A stretch of 64,000 bases of DNA from Alphaproteobacteria bacterium. Lineage in GTDB: Bacteria; Pseudomonadota; Alphaproteobacteria; CBDBCS01. The position numbers and the translations under genes were made by a program. The notes below the pieces were generated by a model. It made no database searches. It was not told the DNA's origin and worked only from the letters and a program-made list of their open reading frames with translations. The stretch spans positions 67,942-131,941 of the forward strand of contig CBDBCS010000006.1 of the NCBI GenBank assembly GCA_965203415.1, in the 5' to 3' direction. Below are positions 1 to 9,337 of the stretch, piece after piece (the stretch's first letter is position 1; the number at the start of each line of letters is the position of its first letter).

Positions 1-1110
1 ATTCACAGCGGCGAGGAGCTCGTTCCAGGTCTCGGGGGCCTGGTCGGCTAGCAGGAGAACTGCTAGACGCTCGGGGGTGAGTATCTCTTGGGCGGCGGTT
101 TTCTCCTCCTCGGGGGTCATGGTCGGAGATGGCTCGACTTGCCGGGGCGTCGGTGGACGTTCTTTTTCTCTTTTTTCCTGTTCCCCAGCTTGCTCCATTT
201 GGTTAGCGTCCGCTACGTACGTTTTTTTTTGCTTCAATTGCTCTTTTCTATGTGTCGGACGTTTACGTCCGCCTAGGAGGACGTTTTTGCTCGTCTTTTG
301 GCCTGCCGAGGTCGTCTCGGAGGCAGGTGCTGATGGGGTCTCCCCCGGGGTTTCCTGTGGGACCCGAGGTGGAAAAAGGGAGGGCTGCCAGAGAGCTTGG
401 GTCTCCTGGGTCAGAGCATGGAGCTCTTGGAAGACACGCTTGGCTTCTTCCAGGCTTGTGAGGCTCTTGGTCGGGGGCAGGGTCTCACAGCGCGCCTGGA
501 GAGCCGACACCTGGTCGGCGAGGGAAGACGGCGTGGTTGTCTCCTGGCCTGCCAGGTCGCCCCGGAGGCGGCGACGAAGAGCCCCTATCCGAGCCTTCAG
601 TTGCTTCAAGACCAGATACGTGCTCTGTTGGGTCTCCCATTGGGTCTTCCAGGTGTCGTAGAGCGCGCTCAGGGGCGCCAGGTTCACCCCATAGGCCTCG
701 AGGATCTTGCCCGTCGTTTTATCTCGGATCCCCCAGCGGCGGTGATTGGCAGAGTCCTGGTGCGTGAGGAAGCCTTTGGCGATGAGGCTTGTCTCTAGAC
801 GGTTGACCTGGCGCGCCGAGACCCCCAGACTGTCCGCGAGGCGCTGGACGGACCACCACACAATGGGGGCCCCGTCGCTCCAGTCTCGCTCCTGGGTCTT
901 GTCGACCAGGAAAAAGAGATAAGTCCGCTCTGCCCGGGTGAGTCCCAATCCCTGGGCTCCCAGATTGAGGAGACGCAGAATTTCGAATCGACGCGTTGGT
1001 CTGGGGTTTTGCGCGAAATTTCGGGCAATTTCCAGCATATTTTGATGCTGGAGGGTGTGAACACGGCCTCCGGAGCAGGCCGTAGCAGGGGATTTGTGCG
1101 AGTTATCCAT
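1..1110 (-). CDS. repC: RepC-family (repABC/plasmid-type) replication initiator, N-terminal 370 codons; ORF runs off the left window edge
   Basis: Absent from the ORF track because no stop lies inside the window. Own translation from ATG (complement of 1108-1110): MDNSHKSPATACSGGRVHTLQHQNMLEIARNFAQNPRPTRRFEILRLLNLGAQGLGLTRAERTYLFFLVDKTQERDWSDGAPIVWWSVQRLADSLGVSARQVNRLETSLIAKGFLTHQDSANHRRWGIRDKTTGKILEAYGVNLAPLSALYD..., open to position 1. This is collinear with the RepC core as I recall it (IVFPSN..L......G....TLRRHL..LV.AGLI.RRDSPNGKRY..RD..GEI..AFGFDLSPL). A GGA-type RBS lies 5-7 nt upstream. Confidence 0.6.
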   Translation of the reverse strand, partial: MDNSHKSPATACSGGRVHTLQHQNMLEIARNFAQNPRPTRRFEILRLLNLGAQGLGLTRAERTYLFFLVDKTQERDWSDGAPIVWWSVQRLADSLGVSARQVNRLETSLIAKGFLTHQDSANHRRWGIRDKTTGKILEAYGVNLAPLSALYDTWKTQWETQQSTYLVLKQLKARIGALRRRLRGDLAGQETTTPSSLADQVSALQARCETLPPTKSLTSLEEAKRVFQELHALTQETQALWQPSLFPPRVPQETPGETPSAPASETTSAGQKTSKNVLLGGRKRPTHRKEQLKQKKTYVADANQMEQAGEQEKREKERPPTPRQVEPSPTMTPEEEKTAAQEILTPERLAVLLLADQAPETWNELLAAVN

Positions 1111-1216
1111 AATTCCTTTCTGGAATTACGGCTTACGAGCTTGCTTGATGTTCTCCGTTGGGTGTCAAGCCGTGGGTTTTGGGACGAAAAAAGTTTCTTT
1201 TTTTCGGTTTATTCCC

Positions 1217-1245
1217 TTGACAGGGCACAGCTCGTATGGTAGACA
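1217..1245 (+). promoter_or_regulatory. sigma70-like promoter (TTGACA-17 bp-TAGACA) driving the short RNA candidate
   Basis: TTGACA at 1217-1222, an exact 17-nt spacer, TAGACA at 1240-1245. It points away from repC into the repC upstream region. Confidence 0.45.
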
Positions 1246-1251
1246 GAAACA

Positions 1252-1308
1252 AGCTAGGTTTTTGCCTTACACAGAGCGACCCGGGATAGCCGTCCTGGGT
1301 CGCTTTTT
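1252..1308 (+). ncRNA. candidate ~57-nt antisense (ctRNA-like) small RNA upstream of and opposite to repC
   Basis: Bounded by the promoter at 1217-1245 and the terminator at 1276-1308. No ORF. Its position and orientation match the counter-transcribed RNA of repABC replicons. The 5' end is only predicted. Confidence 0.4.
1276..1308 (+). terminator. intrinsic terminator
   Basis: 11-bp stem GCGACCCGGGA / TCCTGGGTCGC (one G-U pair), 6-nt loop TAGCCG, followed by TTTTT (1304-1308). Confidence 0.7.
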
Positions 1309-1427
1309 CACTTTTTGGGAAAAAATTATAAAAGATAGACTCTCAGCCGATAATTCTCCTTGAATCCCGCTGAAAGTTCTTGTACAAGGCCGGCTGACTT
1401 AGCCGGGATCCTCCAAGTGGTTCTGTG

Positions 1428-1511
1428 CGGAGAGTGTGGGACTCGAACCCACGCTACCCTATCGGGTAGACGGATTAGCAATCCGCTGCATTACCGCTCT
1501 GCCAACTCTCC
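1428..1511 (-). tRNA. tRNA-Ser (anticodon GCU), class II with long variable arm
   Basis: Reverse complement GGAGAGTTGGCAGAGCGGTAATGCAGCGGATTGCTAATCCGTCTACCCGATAGGGTAGCGTGGGTTCGAGTCCCACACTCTCCG. It has a 7-bp acceptor stem, anticodon loop TTGCTAA, variable-arm hairpin CTACCC-GATA-GGGTAG, T-arm GTGGG-TTCGAGT-CCCAC and discriminator G. CCA is not encoded. Confidence 0.93.
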
Positions 1512-1722
1512 TCGCCGCAGCGCACAGAGGGACACCCTACAACGAAGAGGACTCTGAGGTCAAGAAAAAAACCGAGGTGTTTTTTTCCGCCCATTGTCCG
1601 CCCACTTCTCAGCCCATTTGTCCGCCCGTGGCTTGGAGATGGCCCGGAAGCGTCCCGGGCGTGGCGTCTCCCGGGCTTGTTCCCCCGGGGTTTCCCTGCC
1701 GGAGCCAAAGCTTTGGAAAAGC

Positions 1723-1751
1723 TTGCATAGGGGTGGCACTTATCGTAAGAG
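1723..1751 (+). promoter_or_regulatory. putative promoter TTGCAT-17-TAAGAG preceded by AAAGCTTTGGAAAAGCTT
   Basis: Same AAAGCTTTG(G/A)AAAAGCTTGCAT module as upstream of gyrA. Lies about 110 nt upstream of the OMP start. Confidence 0.3.
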
Positions 1752-1862
1752 ATACCTCCACGCCCTGCCCCGCGGCTCTCTAGGCGTCTTCGTGCGTCTT
1801 AGAGGCCTCCGAGGAAAGAGGCGTTTTTTTTGAATCAATTCCAGATAAGGGAAGGAAATTTT

Positions 1863-2592
1863 ATGACTATTTCGGCATTTTTTCTGAATCGGCGTTTTTC
1901 AGACCAGAGTCTTTTGCAGACTCTCTTGCGCGGCCTCCTCGGAGGGGGGGTCTTTCTTTTGGTGTCGTCCGTCTTTTTCCTCGGGGTCGGGGGAGGCACG
2001 TCTGCTTTCGCGCAGTGGGAAGGGACGAAGAAGCATTATCTGGGGGGGGGGGTTGGCTTTTCTTTCTATCGTAGGGGAGGGGACTGCCGAAGCGGATGCG
2101 GGTACTCAGACAGCTTCGAGTTCAGGCGAAATTGAAAATGATGGCGTAGGGCTCAATCTATCTTATATTTATGCTGTAAATGAGAGCTTCTGGATTGCTC
2201 CGAGTCTTTCCTCAGTATTCTTGGAGGAAGGCGACGACGGGGGCGAGGTATACCACTCATCTCTGGACATGCATGCCCTTTATAAGACGCAAAGTCCGTT
2301 TTTTATCGGGGGAGGTCTGAGCTTTGTTTCCTACGAAGAAGAAGCGGTCGATAATAATACTGTATCTTGGGACGAAGATGCGATTGAAGTAAGTGGCGTT
2401 GCCCCCAGTCTCCGCCTCGGGGTTCTTTTCGACTTCTCCTCGGGAGCCCTGATGCTAGATTACGTCTTCCGTGGAGAGGTAAGTGAGGAATTTACGGTCA
2501 CTGCTATGATAAACAATAGGGAAATACCGATCGATGGCGAGATGTCTTTTGTCTCTTCTCAACTTTCTGTGAACTATCTCTTTAAATTCTGA
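1863..2592 (+). pseudogene. outer-membrane beta-barrel protein (OMP_b-brl/OmpW-like) interrupted by a G11 homopolymer
   Basis: ORF 1830..2135 carries a signal peptide (MTISAFF...LLVSSVFFLGVGGGTSAFA/QWEG). ORF 2053..2592 carries alternating beta-strand sequence ending ...QLSVNYLFKF with the C-terminal Phe typical of OMPs. The two frames meet at the G11 tract 2042-2052; G10 would fuse them. Confidence 0.6.
2042..2052 (+). repeat. poly-G tract (G11) inside the OMP coding sequence
   Basis: Read directly: t-ggggggggggg-ttggc. Confidence 0.9.
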
Positions 2593-2686
2593 CTCGCCGC
2601 GCCCCGAGAGCGACGTCTCGCGGGCGCGTCTCGGAGCGGGACGCCTCCCGGGGCCCCCCGGACCGAAATAAAAGCTTTGAAAAAGC

Positions 2687-2715
2687 TTGCATCGAGAGGC
2701 CAGTTTTTGTAGGAT
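2687..2715 (+). promoter_or_regulatory. putative gyrA promoter TTGCAT-17-TAGGAT with upstream AAAGCTTTGAAAAAGCTT
   Basis: Hexamers with an exact 17-nt spacer, about 125 nt upstream of the gyrA ATG. Confidence 0.35.
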
Positions 2716-2841
2716 TGCCTCCGCCCCCGTGTGTCTTCTAGGCTTCTTTTTGTAAGTTTTTTGGAGCTCTGAGGCGCGCGGGGGCGCGTGTGCCGGGCCT
2801 TTCCCTCTGGTCCCGGTTTTTTTTAGAGCCTCTTGAAGCGC

Positions 2842-5805
2842 ATGTCTATCGAAACGACTCAAGGAATCATTCGCCCGGTCTCCATCGAGGGCGAAATGAA
2901 GCGCTCGTACCTCGATTACGCCATGAGCGTCATCATTGCTCGGGCGCTGCCCGACGTCCGAGACGGGCTCAAGCCGGTGCATCGGCGGATTCTCCATGCG
3001 ATGCACGAGAACAGTTATTTCTCGACGCGGCCCTATCGCAAATCGGCTCGGATTGTCGGGGAGGTGATGGGGAAGTATCACCCACACGGCGACTCGGCCA
3101 TTTACGAGGCCCTCGTGCGCATGGCACAGGTTTTCTCCATGCGAGTCCCCCTCATTGATGGGCAGGGGAATTTTGGTTCTATGGACGGCGATAAGGCAGC
3201 CGCCATGCGGTATACGGAATCGAGACTCCAGAAAATCGCCGAGACGCTCCTGCAGGATATCGGGCACGAGACGGTCTCTTTCAAGCCCAATTACGATGAA
3301 TCCGAGCAGGAACCCGTTGTTTTACCGGCGACTTTCCCGAATTTACTCGCCAATGGGGCGAACGGCATCGCGGTCGGGATGGCGACCAACATTCCGCCGC
3401 ATAATCTAGGCGAGCTCTTGAGTGCCTGTATTCACCTGACACTGAACCCCGAGGCCACGCTCGCCGAGGTGAATCAGATCATCCCAGGGCCCGATTTTCC
3501 CACAGGCGGCATTATTCTAGGCCGGTCTGGCATCCAAGACGCCTATAAAGTGGGGCGCGGGTCTATTGTGGTACGCGCCCGCACGGCGTTCGAAACGGTC
3601 AATCATCGCGACGCCATCATCGTCACAGAGCTCCCTTATCAGGTCAATAAGGCTCGAACCATAGAACGCATCGCCGCGATGGTGCGCGATAAACAAATGG
3701 AGGGCATCACAGATATACGCGACGAGTCCGACCGACACGGCGTTCGGGTGGTGTTTGAACTCAAAAAAGAGGCCAGCTGTGAGGTCGTAGAGGCTCAATT
3801 GTTTCATTCGACCCCGCTCCAGACCAGTTTCAGTGCGAATGTTCTGGCTCTGGACGAAGACGGAAAGCCGACCCATTACGATCTGCTCAAATATCTGCGA
3901 GCCTTTTTGCGTTTTCGCGAAGAGGTCCTTTCAAAGCGGACCTTTTATTTACTCCAGAAAGCTCGGGTTCGGGCGCATGAATTATTGGGGCTCTTGTGTG
4001 CGGTGCGTCATCTGGACCGCGTCATAGAGCTCATTCGTCGTTCGACCTCGCCTCGCGAGGCGCGGGAGGCTCTATGTTCTCAGACGTGGGAGGCGGGTTT
4101 TATGGCGGCTTATATTCGTCTCATTGACGACCCGTCTTTTTCCGAAGAGGCCCCCGCTTATCGCTTATCGGAGGCCCAAGCGGTTGCGATTTTGGATTTG
4201 CGGCTCCATCGGCTCACGGCTTTGGAGCGCGACAAAATCACCCAAGAGTTCGACCAGCTGGCCGAGACCATTCGGCACTATCAAAGGATTCTCGCGGACC
4301 GAGACTTTCGTCTAGAGCTGATGCGCCAGGAGTTTCAAGACCTCTCGGACCGTTTTGCGACGCCTCGGCGGACGGAAATCCAAGAAGCCGGTGCCGAAAC
4401 CGACATAGAGGACCTCATCGAGCCGCAAGATGTCGTGGTGGTGGTCACGCGGAATGCCTATATTAAGCGCGTCCCGCTCTCGGAGTTCCGCTCGCAGCGG
4501 CGGGGCGGTCGAGGGCGCAGCGGCACCACGACGCGTGACGACGATGTTGTCGCGAATCTCTTTGTGGCGAACACGCATAGTCTATTGCTTGTTTTCACCG
4601 ACCGAGGGCAGGTGTATTCTTTGAAAGTCTGGCGTTTGCCTCAGGGGACTCGGGCTTCGCGAGGCCGGGCGCTTGTCAATTGTTTGCCTCTGGAGCCGGG
4701 AGAAACTGTCTGGACGCTTCTACCTGTCCCGGCCGACGCTCTCGAGACCCCTTATTCGATTGTCATGGCGACCAGTTTCGGGTCTGTCCGGCGCAACACG
4801 CTGGATCTTTTCACCAATCTGAGAAAAAATGGCAAGATCGCCATTCAGCTCAAAGAAGAAGAGCGGCTGGTCGGCGTAGAGCTCTGTACGGAGGCGCATG
4901 ATATTCTGTTATGTTCGGCTCAGGGGCGAGCGGTTCGTTTCTCGCTTGCCTCGTTGCGGATTTTTCAGAGCACGCGCTCGGCGGGCGTCGGCGGCATCCG
5001 GCTTGCCTCGGGCGACCGGCTTGTTTCGCTGTGCGTTCTGAACCGGAGTTCTCAAGACACAGAAACGCGACACAGTTATCTGCGATTTGCGGCTCTTTCG
5101 CGACGCCAGGAGGCCTTTGAGGCGGCGACGGCCGAGGCGGCCGAGGCAGAAACCGAGGCAGAAACCGAGGCGGCTGTGTCCTCTGCGGAAGGATTTCCGA
5201 CGCCGGCGCCGGCGGACGACGAGGAGGAATCGGAGGAAGCCCCGGTCTCTTTAGGCGACGGGCCTCTCAAGCCGGAAGAATACGAAGAACTCCAGGCGGG
5301 ACGGGAAAAAGAGCTTTTCCGCCAGCTCGAACAAGAGGAGGAATGGCTTCTCACGATTGCCGAGAACGGTTTTGGGAAGCGGACGTCCTCTTATGAATAC
5401 AGGCACTGTCAGCGTTATGCCAAGGGCGTCAAAGCCATGAACGTAGATGGAACTTCTCTTTTGACGGCGTTTCCGGTCTCGGACCGGGATCATATTATGA
5501 TGATAACGGACGCTGGGCAGACCATACGTGTGCCTGTTGCGGGCATCCGACCGGCGGGGCGCGTGACAAGAGGCGTGCGTCTCTTCCGCACGGCCGAGAA
5601 AGAGCGTCTCATTTCCGTCGCCCGCGTCGAGGCCGCCATGGCCGCCGAAGAAACGGCGGACGCGACCGAGGCGGAAGCAACGGCGGAAACGGCGGCGGAA
5701 ACGGCGGAGACGAACCCAGCAGGCCCAGGCCAGCCGACAGCCCCCGCAGAGGCACACAGAGAAGCCGTCGCCTCCATCGAAGAAACGGAAGAAACGACAC
5801 GGTGA
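2842..5805 (+). CDS. gyrA: DNA gyrase subunit A
   Basis: ORF 2833..5805. Motifs: [57 protein letters not shown] (active-site Tyr region AAMRYTE). ATG at 2842 preferred over TTG at 2833. Acidic/Ala-rich insertion in the CTD and an acidic tail. Confidence 0.97.
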   Translation: MSIETTQGIIRPVSIEGEMKRSYLDYAMSVIIARALPDVRDGLKPVHRRILHAMHENSYFSTRPYRKSARIVGEVMGKYHPHGDSAIYEALVRMAQVFSMRVPLIDGQGNFGSMDGDKAAAMRYTESRLQKIAETLLQDIGHETVSFKPNYDESEQEPVVLPATFPNLLANGANGIAVGMATNIPPHNLGELLSACIHLTLNPEATLAEVNQIIPGPDFPTGGIILGRSGIQDAYKVGRGSIVVRARTAFETVNHRDAIIVTELPYQVNKARTIERIAAMVRDKQMEGITDIRDESDRHGVRVVFELKKEASCEVVEAQLFHSTPLQTSFSANVLALDEDGKPTHYDLLKYLRAFLRFREEVLSKRTFYLLQKARVRAHELLGLLCAVRHLDRVIELIRRSTSPREAREALCSQTWEAGFMAAYIRLIDDPSFSEEAPAYRLSEAQAVAILDLRLHRLTALERDKITQEFDQLAETIRHYQRILADRDFRLELMRQEFQDLSDRFATPRRTEIQEAGAETDIEDLIEPQDVVVVVTRNAYIKRVPLSEFRSQRRGGRGRSGTTTRDDDVVANLFVANTHSLLLVFTDRGQVYSLKVWRLPQGTRASRGRALVNCLPLEPGETVWTLLPVPADALETPYSIVMATSFGSVRRNTLDLFTNLRKNGKIAIQLKEEERLVGVELCTEAHDILLCSAQGRAVRFSLASLRIFQSTRSAGVGGIRLASGDRLVSLCVLNRSSQDTETRHSYLRFAALSRRQEAFEAATAEAAEAETEAETEAAVSSAEGFPTPAPADDEEESEEAPVSLGDGPLKPEEYEELQAGREKELFRQLEQEEEWLLTIAENGFGKRTSSYEYRHCQRYAKGVKAMNVDGTSLLTAFPVSDRDHIMMITDAGQTIRVPVAGIRPAGRVTRGVRLFRTAEKERLISVARVEAAMAAEETADATEAEATAETAAETAETNPAGPGQPTAPAEAHREAVASIEETEETTR

Positions 5806-5833
5806 CACGGTTTTTTTCGGGGCGCGCGGTCTG

Positions 5834-6364
5834 ATGCAGAGCAGCTCTAGAGCGGCTTTATACCCGGGGACGTTTGATCCTATCACCAACGGGCATGTAG
5901 ATCTGATTTCTCGGGCGGTGATTTTTTTCGACCGTCTTTACATAGGCGTGGCGCAAAATAGTGAGAAGAGTCCTCTTTTTTCGGCGGACCAGCGGGTTGG
6001 ACTTGTGGAGGCGGCCCTCCAGGAGCGTTTAGCGGCCTCGGCTTCGTCCCGGGTCGAGATTGTCTCTTTCGGAGGCTTATTGACGCATTTAGCGCGCTCT
6101 TTGAATGTCCGGGTCATTCTGCGAGGGCTTCGAGCCGTCAGCGATTTTGAGTACGAATTTCAAATGGCGAGCATGAACGCTGTTTTGGACCCGTCTCTCG
6201 AGACCGTCTTCCTGATGGCGGGCGAGCGGTCTCATTTTGTCTCGTCGCGTTTGGTTAAAGAGATTGCGGCTTTAGGCGGTGACATCACGCCTTTTGTACC
6301 GGCCTGCGTCGCGACAGCTATGACACATAAGACTTTGAAGAAGGCTGTAGAGAGAAGAGACTAG
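5834..6364 (+). CDS. coaD: phosphopantetheine adenylyltransferase
   Basis: ALYPGTFDPITNGHVDLISRA (T/HxGH nucleotidyltransferase motif). Length 176 aa. Confidence 0.93.
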   Translation: MQSSSRAALYPGTFDPITNGHVDLISRAVIFFDRLYIGVAQNSEKSPLFSADQRVGLVEAALQERLAASASSRVEIVSFGGLLTHLARSLNVRVILRGLRAVSDFEYEFQMASMNAVLDPSLETVFLMAGERSHFVSSRLVKEIAALGGDITPFVPACVATAMTHKTLKKAVERRD

Positions 6365-6436
6365 AAAAAGAGTGGCATGATTGATGCTTTCTCCAATTTG
6401 TGAAAAGAAATAACCAGAAATAACCAGAAATAACCC

Positions 6437-6871
6437 ATGGCGAGTTCTCTATCCCTCTTGCGCGATGCCTCTGACAAGCTCCAGTGGCTTGCTGCGCGCC
6501 AGGCTGTCGTCGGGCAGAACATTGCCAATGTCGACACCCCTGACTATCAGGCTCGGGACCTGAAGCCGCTCCGCTTCCGGGACGTCCTGGATGAGACCCG
6601 CAGCTCGGGCGGGCCTAGGGACGTCGCTCGAGGCGTCGCCCGGGGGTTGGCGCGAACGCACACGGGGCATTTGGACGCCCGAGGCCCCGCGCGGGGGCCT
6701 TACCGAAGTACTCGGACGCCGGATTTCCTCGAAGAGACGCTCTCTGGGAACAACGTCAATTTGCAGGAAAACCTCGTCAAACTGGCGAGCATAGAGGCCG
6801 AATATGGCCTTGCGACGAATCTGATGTCGCGCTATCACTCGATGATTTTGCAGGCGACCCGAGCCCGTTAG
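6437..6871 (+). CDS. flgB: flagellar basal-body rod protein FlgB
   Basis: RQAVVGQNIANVDTPDYQARDL rod-protein N-terminal motif. Gene order flgB-flgC-fliE. Confidence 0.9.
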   Translation: MASSLSLLRDASDKLQWLAARQAVVGQNIANVDTPDYQARDLKPLRFRDVLDETRSSGGPRDVARGVARGLARTHTGHLDARGPARGPYRSTRTPDFLEETLSGNNVNLQENLVKLASIEAEYGLATNLMSRYHSMILQATRAR

Positions 6872-6965
6872 GGCGTTCGGCTTTCAGACACAGACCTAGC
6901 CTAAAGCCTTAAGACACCCTTATTTAGAAACCCTTAGACACCTTTTCCAGAGAACACATTCTACT

Positions 6966-7382
6966 ATGGACCCTTTACAGCAAGCTTTTTTCATAGGCGC
7001 GGCGGGCATGACGGCTCAAGTTGCGCGTCTCCGCACGGTTGCGCAGAATATCGCGAACGCCAACACGACCGGCCTGACGCCGGACTCAGAGCCCTATCGG
7101 CGCAAAACCATTCATTTTCACAATGTCTTGGACCGGACTCTAGGGACACAGACCGTTCAAGTTCGGGCAATTCGCGAGGACCCCTCCCCTTTTCGTCTCC
7201 AATATGAGCCTGGCCACCCGGCCGCGGACGAGCGCGGTTACGTCCGCTATCCCAATGTGGTCGCCCTCATAGAGATGAACGATTATCGCCAGGCCTCCCG
7301 CAGTTACGAGGCGAGCTTGAATGCTTTGCGCCAGACGCGCCAGCTTGCGCGCCAGACGGTCGACTTGTTGCGCTCGCAATAG
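6966..7382 (+). CDS. flgC: flagellar basal-body rod protein FlgC
   Basis: GMTAQVARLRTVAQNIANANTT...YVRYPNV...EMNDYRQASRSYEASLNAL, typical FlgC. Confidence 0.92.
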   Translation: MDPLQQAFFIGAAGMTAQVARLRTVAQNIANANTTGLTPDSEPYRRKTIHFHNVLDRTLGTQTVQVRAIREDPSPFRLQYEPGHPAADERGYVRYPNVVALIEMNDYRQASRSYEASLNALRQTRQLARQTVDLLRSQ

Positions 7383-7448
7383 GGCTTTTGTTGTTTTTTT
7401 GTCTTGTTTTATTTTGTTTCGTTTTGTATAGCGTGAAAGGAGTTCGTC

Positions 7449-7784
7449 GTGGCACGTGATATTCTTGAGACCAGTGCGCTTTCTCCGGATCTTTCGGGTC
7501 TTGCCGGAGTTTATTCGGGGGCAGCGGCGCGTCCGCCTGGCGAAGCGGCCGCTCTCGCGAGCACCCCGGGCTCGTTTCTAGAGACCGTTCAAACGCTTTC
7601 CAAACAGGCCATTGAAGCGAATGCCTCCGCCGAGACGCTTGCGCAGCAGGCTCTGCGCGGCGAGGCCGACCTCACCGAGGTCATCCCCGCCGTCCTGGAG
7701 GCCGAAAGGCAATTGAGTGCCGTCGTCGCCTTCCGAGACAGAATCGTCCAAGCCTATCAGCAAATCAGCCAAATGCCGATCTGA
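7449..7784 (+). CDS. fliE: flagellar hook-basal body complex protein FliE
   Basis: C-terminus AVVAFRDRIVQAYQQISQMPI is FliE-like. GTG start. Follows flgC. Confidence 0.85.
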   Translation: MARDILETSALSPDLSGLAGVYSGAAARPPGEAAALASTPGSFLETVQTLSKQAIEANASAETLAQQALRGEADLTEVIPAVLEAERQLSAVVAFRDRIVQAYQQISQMPI

Positions 7785-7818
7785 CCGATCTGACGCCCAT
7801 TTATTGAGTAGCGTCGGC

Positions 7819-9018
7819 TTATTGGTCGAAACGGAGCTCTCGGAGCATCGCGATCGCCTGGCGGTGTCTCGCGAAGACCGCCACCAGCGGCGTCGAGTCC
7901 TGAGGATACCGCCCGAAGCCTTTCACCACGTCCGAGGGTTCACTATCGGTGGTCACGGGGTATTCGTGGTTCACCTCTGAAAAAAAGGCTTGGGCCTCTG
8001 GGGCGAGCAGAAAGCGGATCAAAGCCAGAGCCGCCTCGGGCTTAGAGCTCGCCTTGGTCATAGCGATGCCGGATATATTGACGTGGACGGGGTCTGGGAA
8101 GACGAGGCGCACGGCTTCGGCCCAGGCTCGTTGCTCGGCGTCCTCGAGCATGCGGCCGTAATAATAGGAATTCCCGATTGCCACATCGCACTCGCCCTGC
8201 CAGACGGCTTTGACCTGAGCTCGGTCATTGCCCTGAGGCCGCCGGGCGAGGTTCGCTTTCAGGCCTGCCATCCATTGGCGAGCTTTCTCGTCCCCCAGAT
8301 GCTCTATCATGAAGGCAAAAAGCGAGATATTATAGGGGTGCATGCCTTTCCGCATGCAGATTTTACCGCGCCAGGCGGGGTCCGCCAGGGCCTCATAGCT
8401 GGCAAGAGCCCCCTGAGGAACACGCTCCTTCGAGAGAAATAAAACGCGCATCCGCTTCGTCAGAGGAACCCAGTGCCGGTCCGGGTCTCGGAGAAAAGCG
8501 TCCAAACGCTCGAAAAGCGCGTCGGGGGGGATAGAGGCGACCAGATCCCTTTCGACCGCCAGCTCGAGATGGGCATGGCTGGAGGTCAAAATCAGGTCCG
8601 CAGGCGAGCGTTCGCCTTCGATGGCGATGCGCTCTAAGAGACCGGTCTCGCCATAGAGCAGTTTGACCTCCACCCCCGTTTGAGCCGTGAAACTATCCAA
8701 AACGGGCTCAATCAGATGGGGTTGCCGAAAGGAATAGAGGACAAGGCTCTGAGCCAGCCCCAGGCTGTTCCACCCCAGCCCTGCCCCCAGCACCACGGCG
8801 CTCAACAGACTCGGCCGACTCAGCAGGCTCTGCCTGAAGGCCGCCGCCGGCCGAGGTCTAAACTGAAACCCAGAGCCTCCCAAGCCGCGCCAGACCCCAG
8901 AGACCCAGGAGACCCAGACCCTCAGAGCCGAAAAACCCCGAGAGCCAGAGGCTCGAGAGCCGGAGGCTCGAGAGCCAGAGGCCTGACAGCCTGAAATATG
9001 GCGGCACAATCTTCTCAT
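7819..9018 (-). CDS. Fe(3+) ABC transporter periplasmic substrate-binding protein (FbpA/AfuA/FutA family); start uncertain
   Basis: LVLYSFRQPHLIEPVLDSFTAQTGVEVKLLYGETGLLERIAIEGERSPADLILTS... N-terminal region contains a 15-nt x3 repeat (ASGSRASGSRASGSR). No permease or ATPase gene adjacent. Confidence 0.8.
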   Translation of the reverse strand: MRRLCRHISGCQASGSRASGSRASGSRGFSALRVWVSWVSGVWRGLGGSGFQFRPRPAAAFRQSLLSRPSLLSAVVLGAGLGWNSLGLAQSLVLYSFRQPHLIEPVLDSFTAQTGVEVKLLYGETGLLERIAIEGERSPADLILTSSHAHLELAVERDLVASIPPDALFERLDAFLRDPDRHWVPLTKRMRVLFLSKERVPQGALASYEALADPAWRGKICMRKGMHPYNISLFAFMIEHLGDEKARQWMAGLKANLARRPQGNDRAQVKAVWQGECDVAIGNSYYYGRMLEDAEQRAWAEAVRLVFPDPVHVNISGIAMTKASSKPEAALALIRFLLAPEAQAFFSEVNHEYPVTTDSEPSDVVKGFGRYPQDSTPLVAVFARHRQAIAMLRELRFDQ

Positions 9019-9337
9019 TTTCTTTCCCGCCCGGCAATAAAGAACAGGCCCGGGATGCTATCAGGGTCCTACCAGGGTCCTACCAGAGAAAAAAACACGC
9101 GTCAAGCCTCTTTTTCAAAAACCCTACTCTGTTTCCCGAGGCTCTCCCTCTGCGCGCTTTTTTCCGCCGCATAGAGCCCATCGACATCGTTCAGAAACCA
9201 TGTCGGAAAGCCTTGACGTCCTTCTGTGCCGCGTGCTAGGGTCGCCCCGGGGCTGTACTTGAGGCTAGGCTCAGTGCGGACGCAGCTCAGCAGCAAATAG
9301 AACGGGAATAACGCGAGTTTAACGGGAGTAGAACTGG

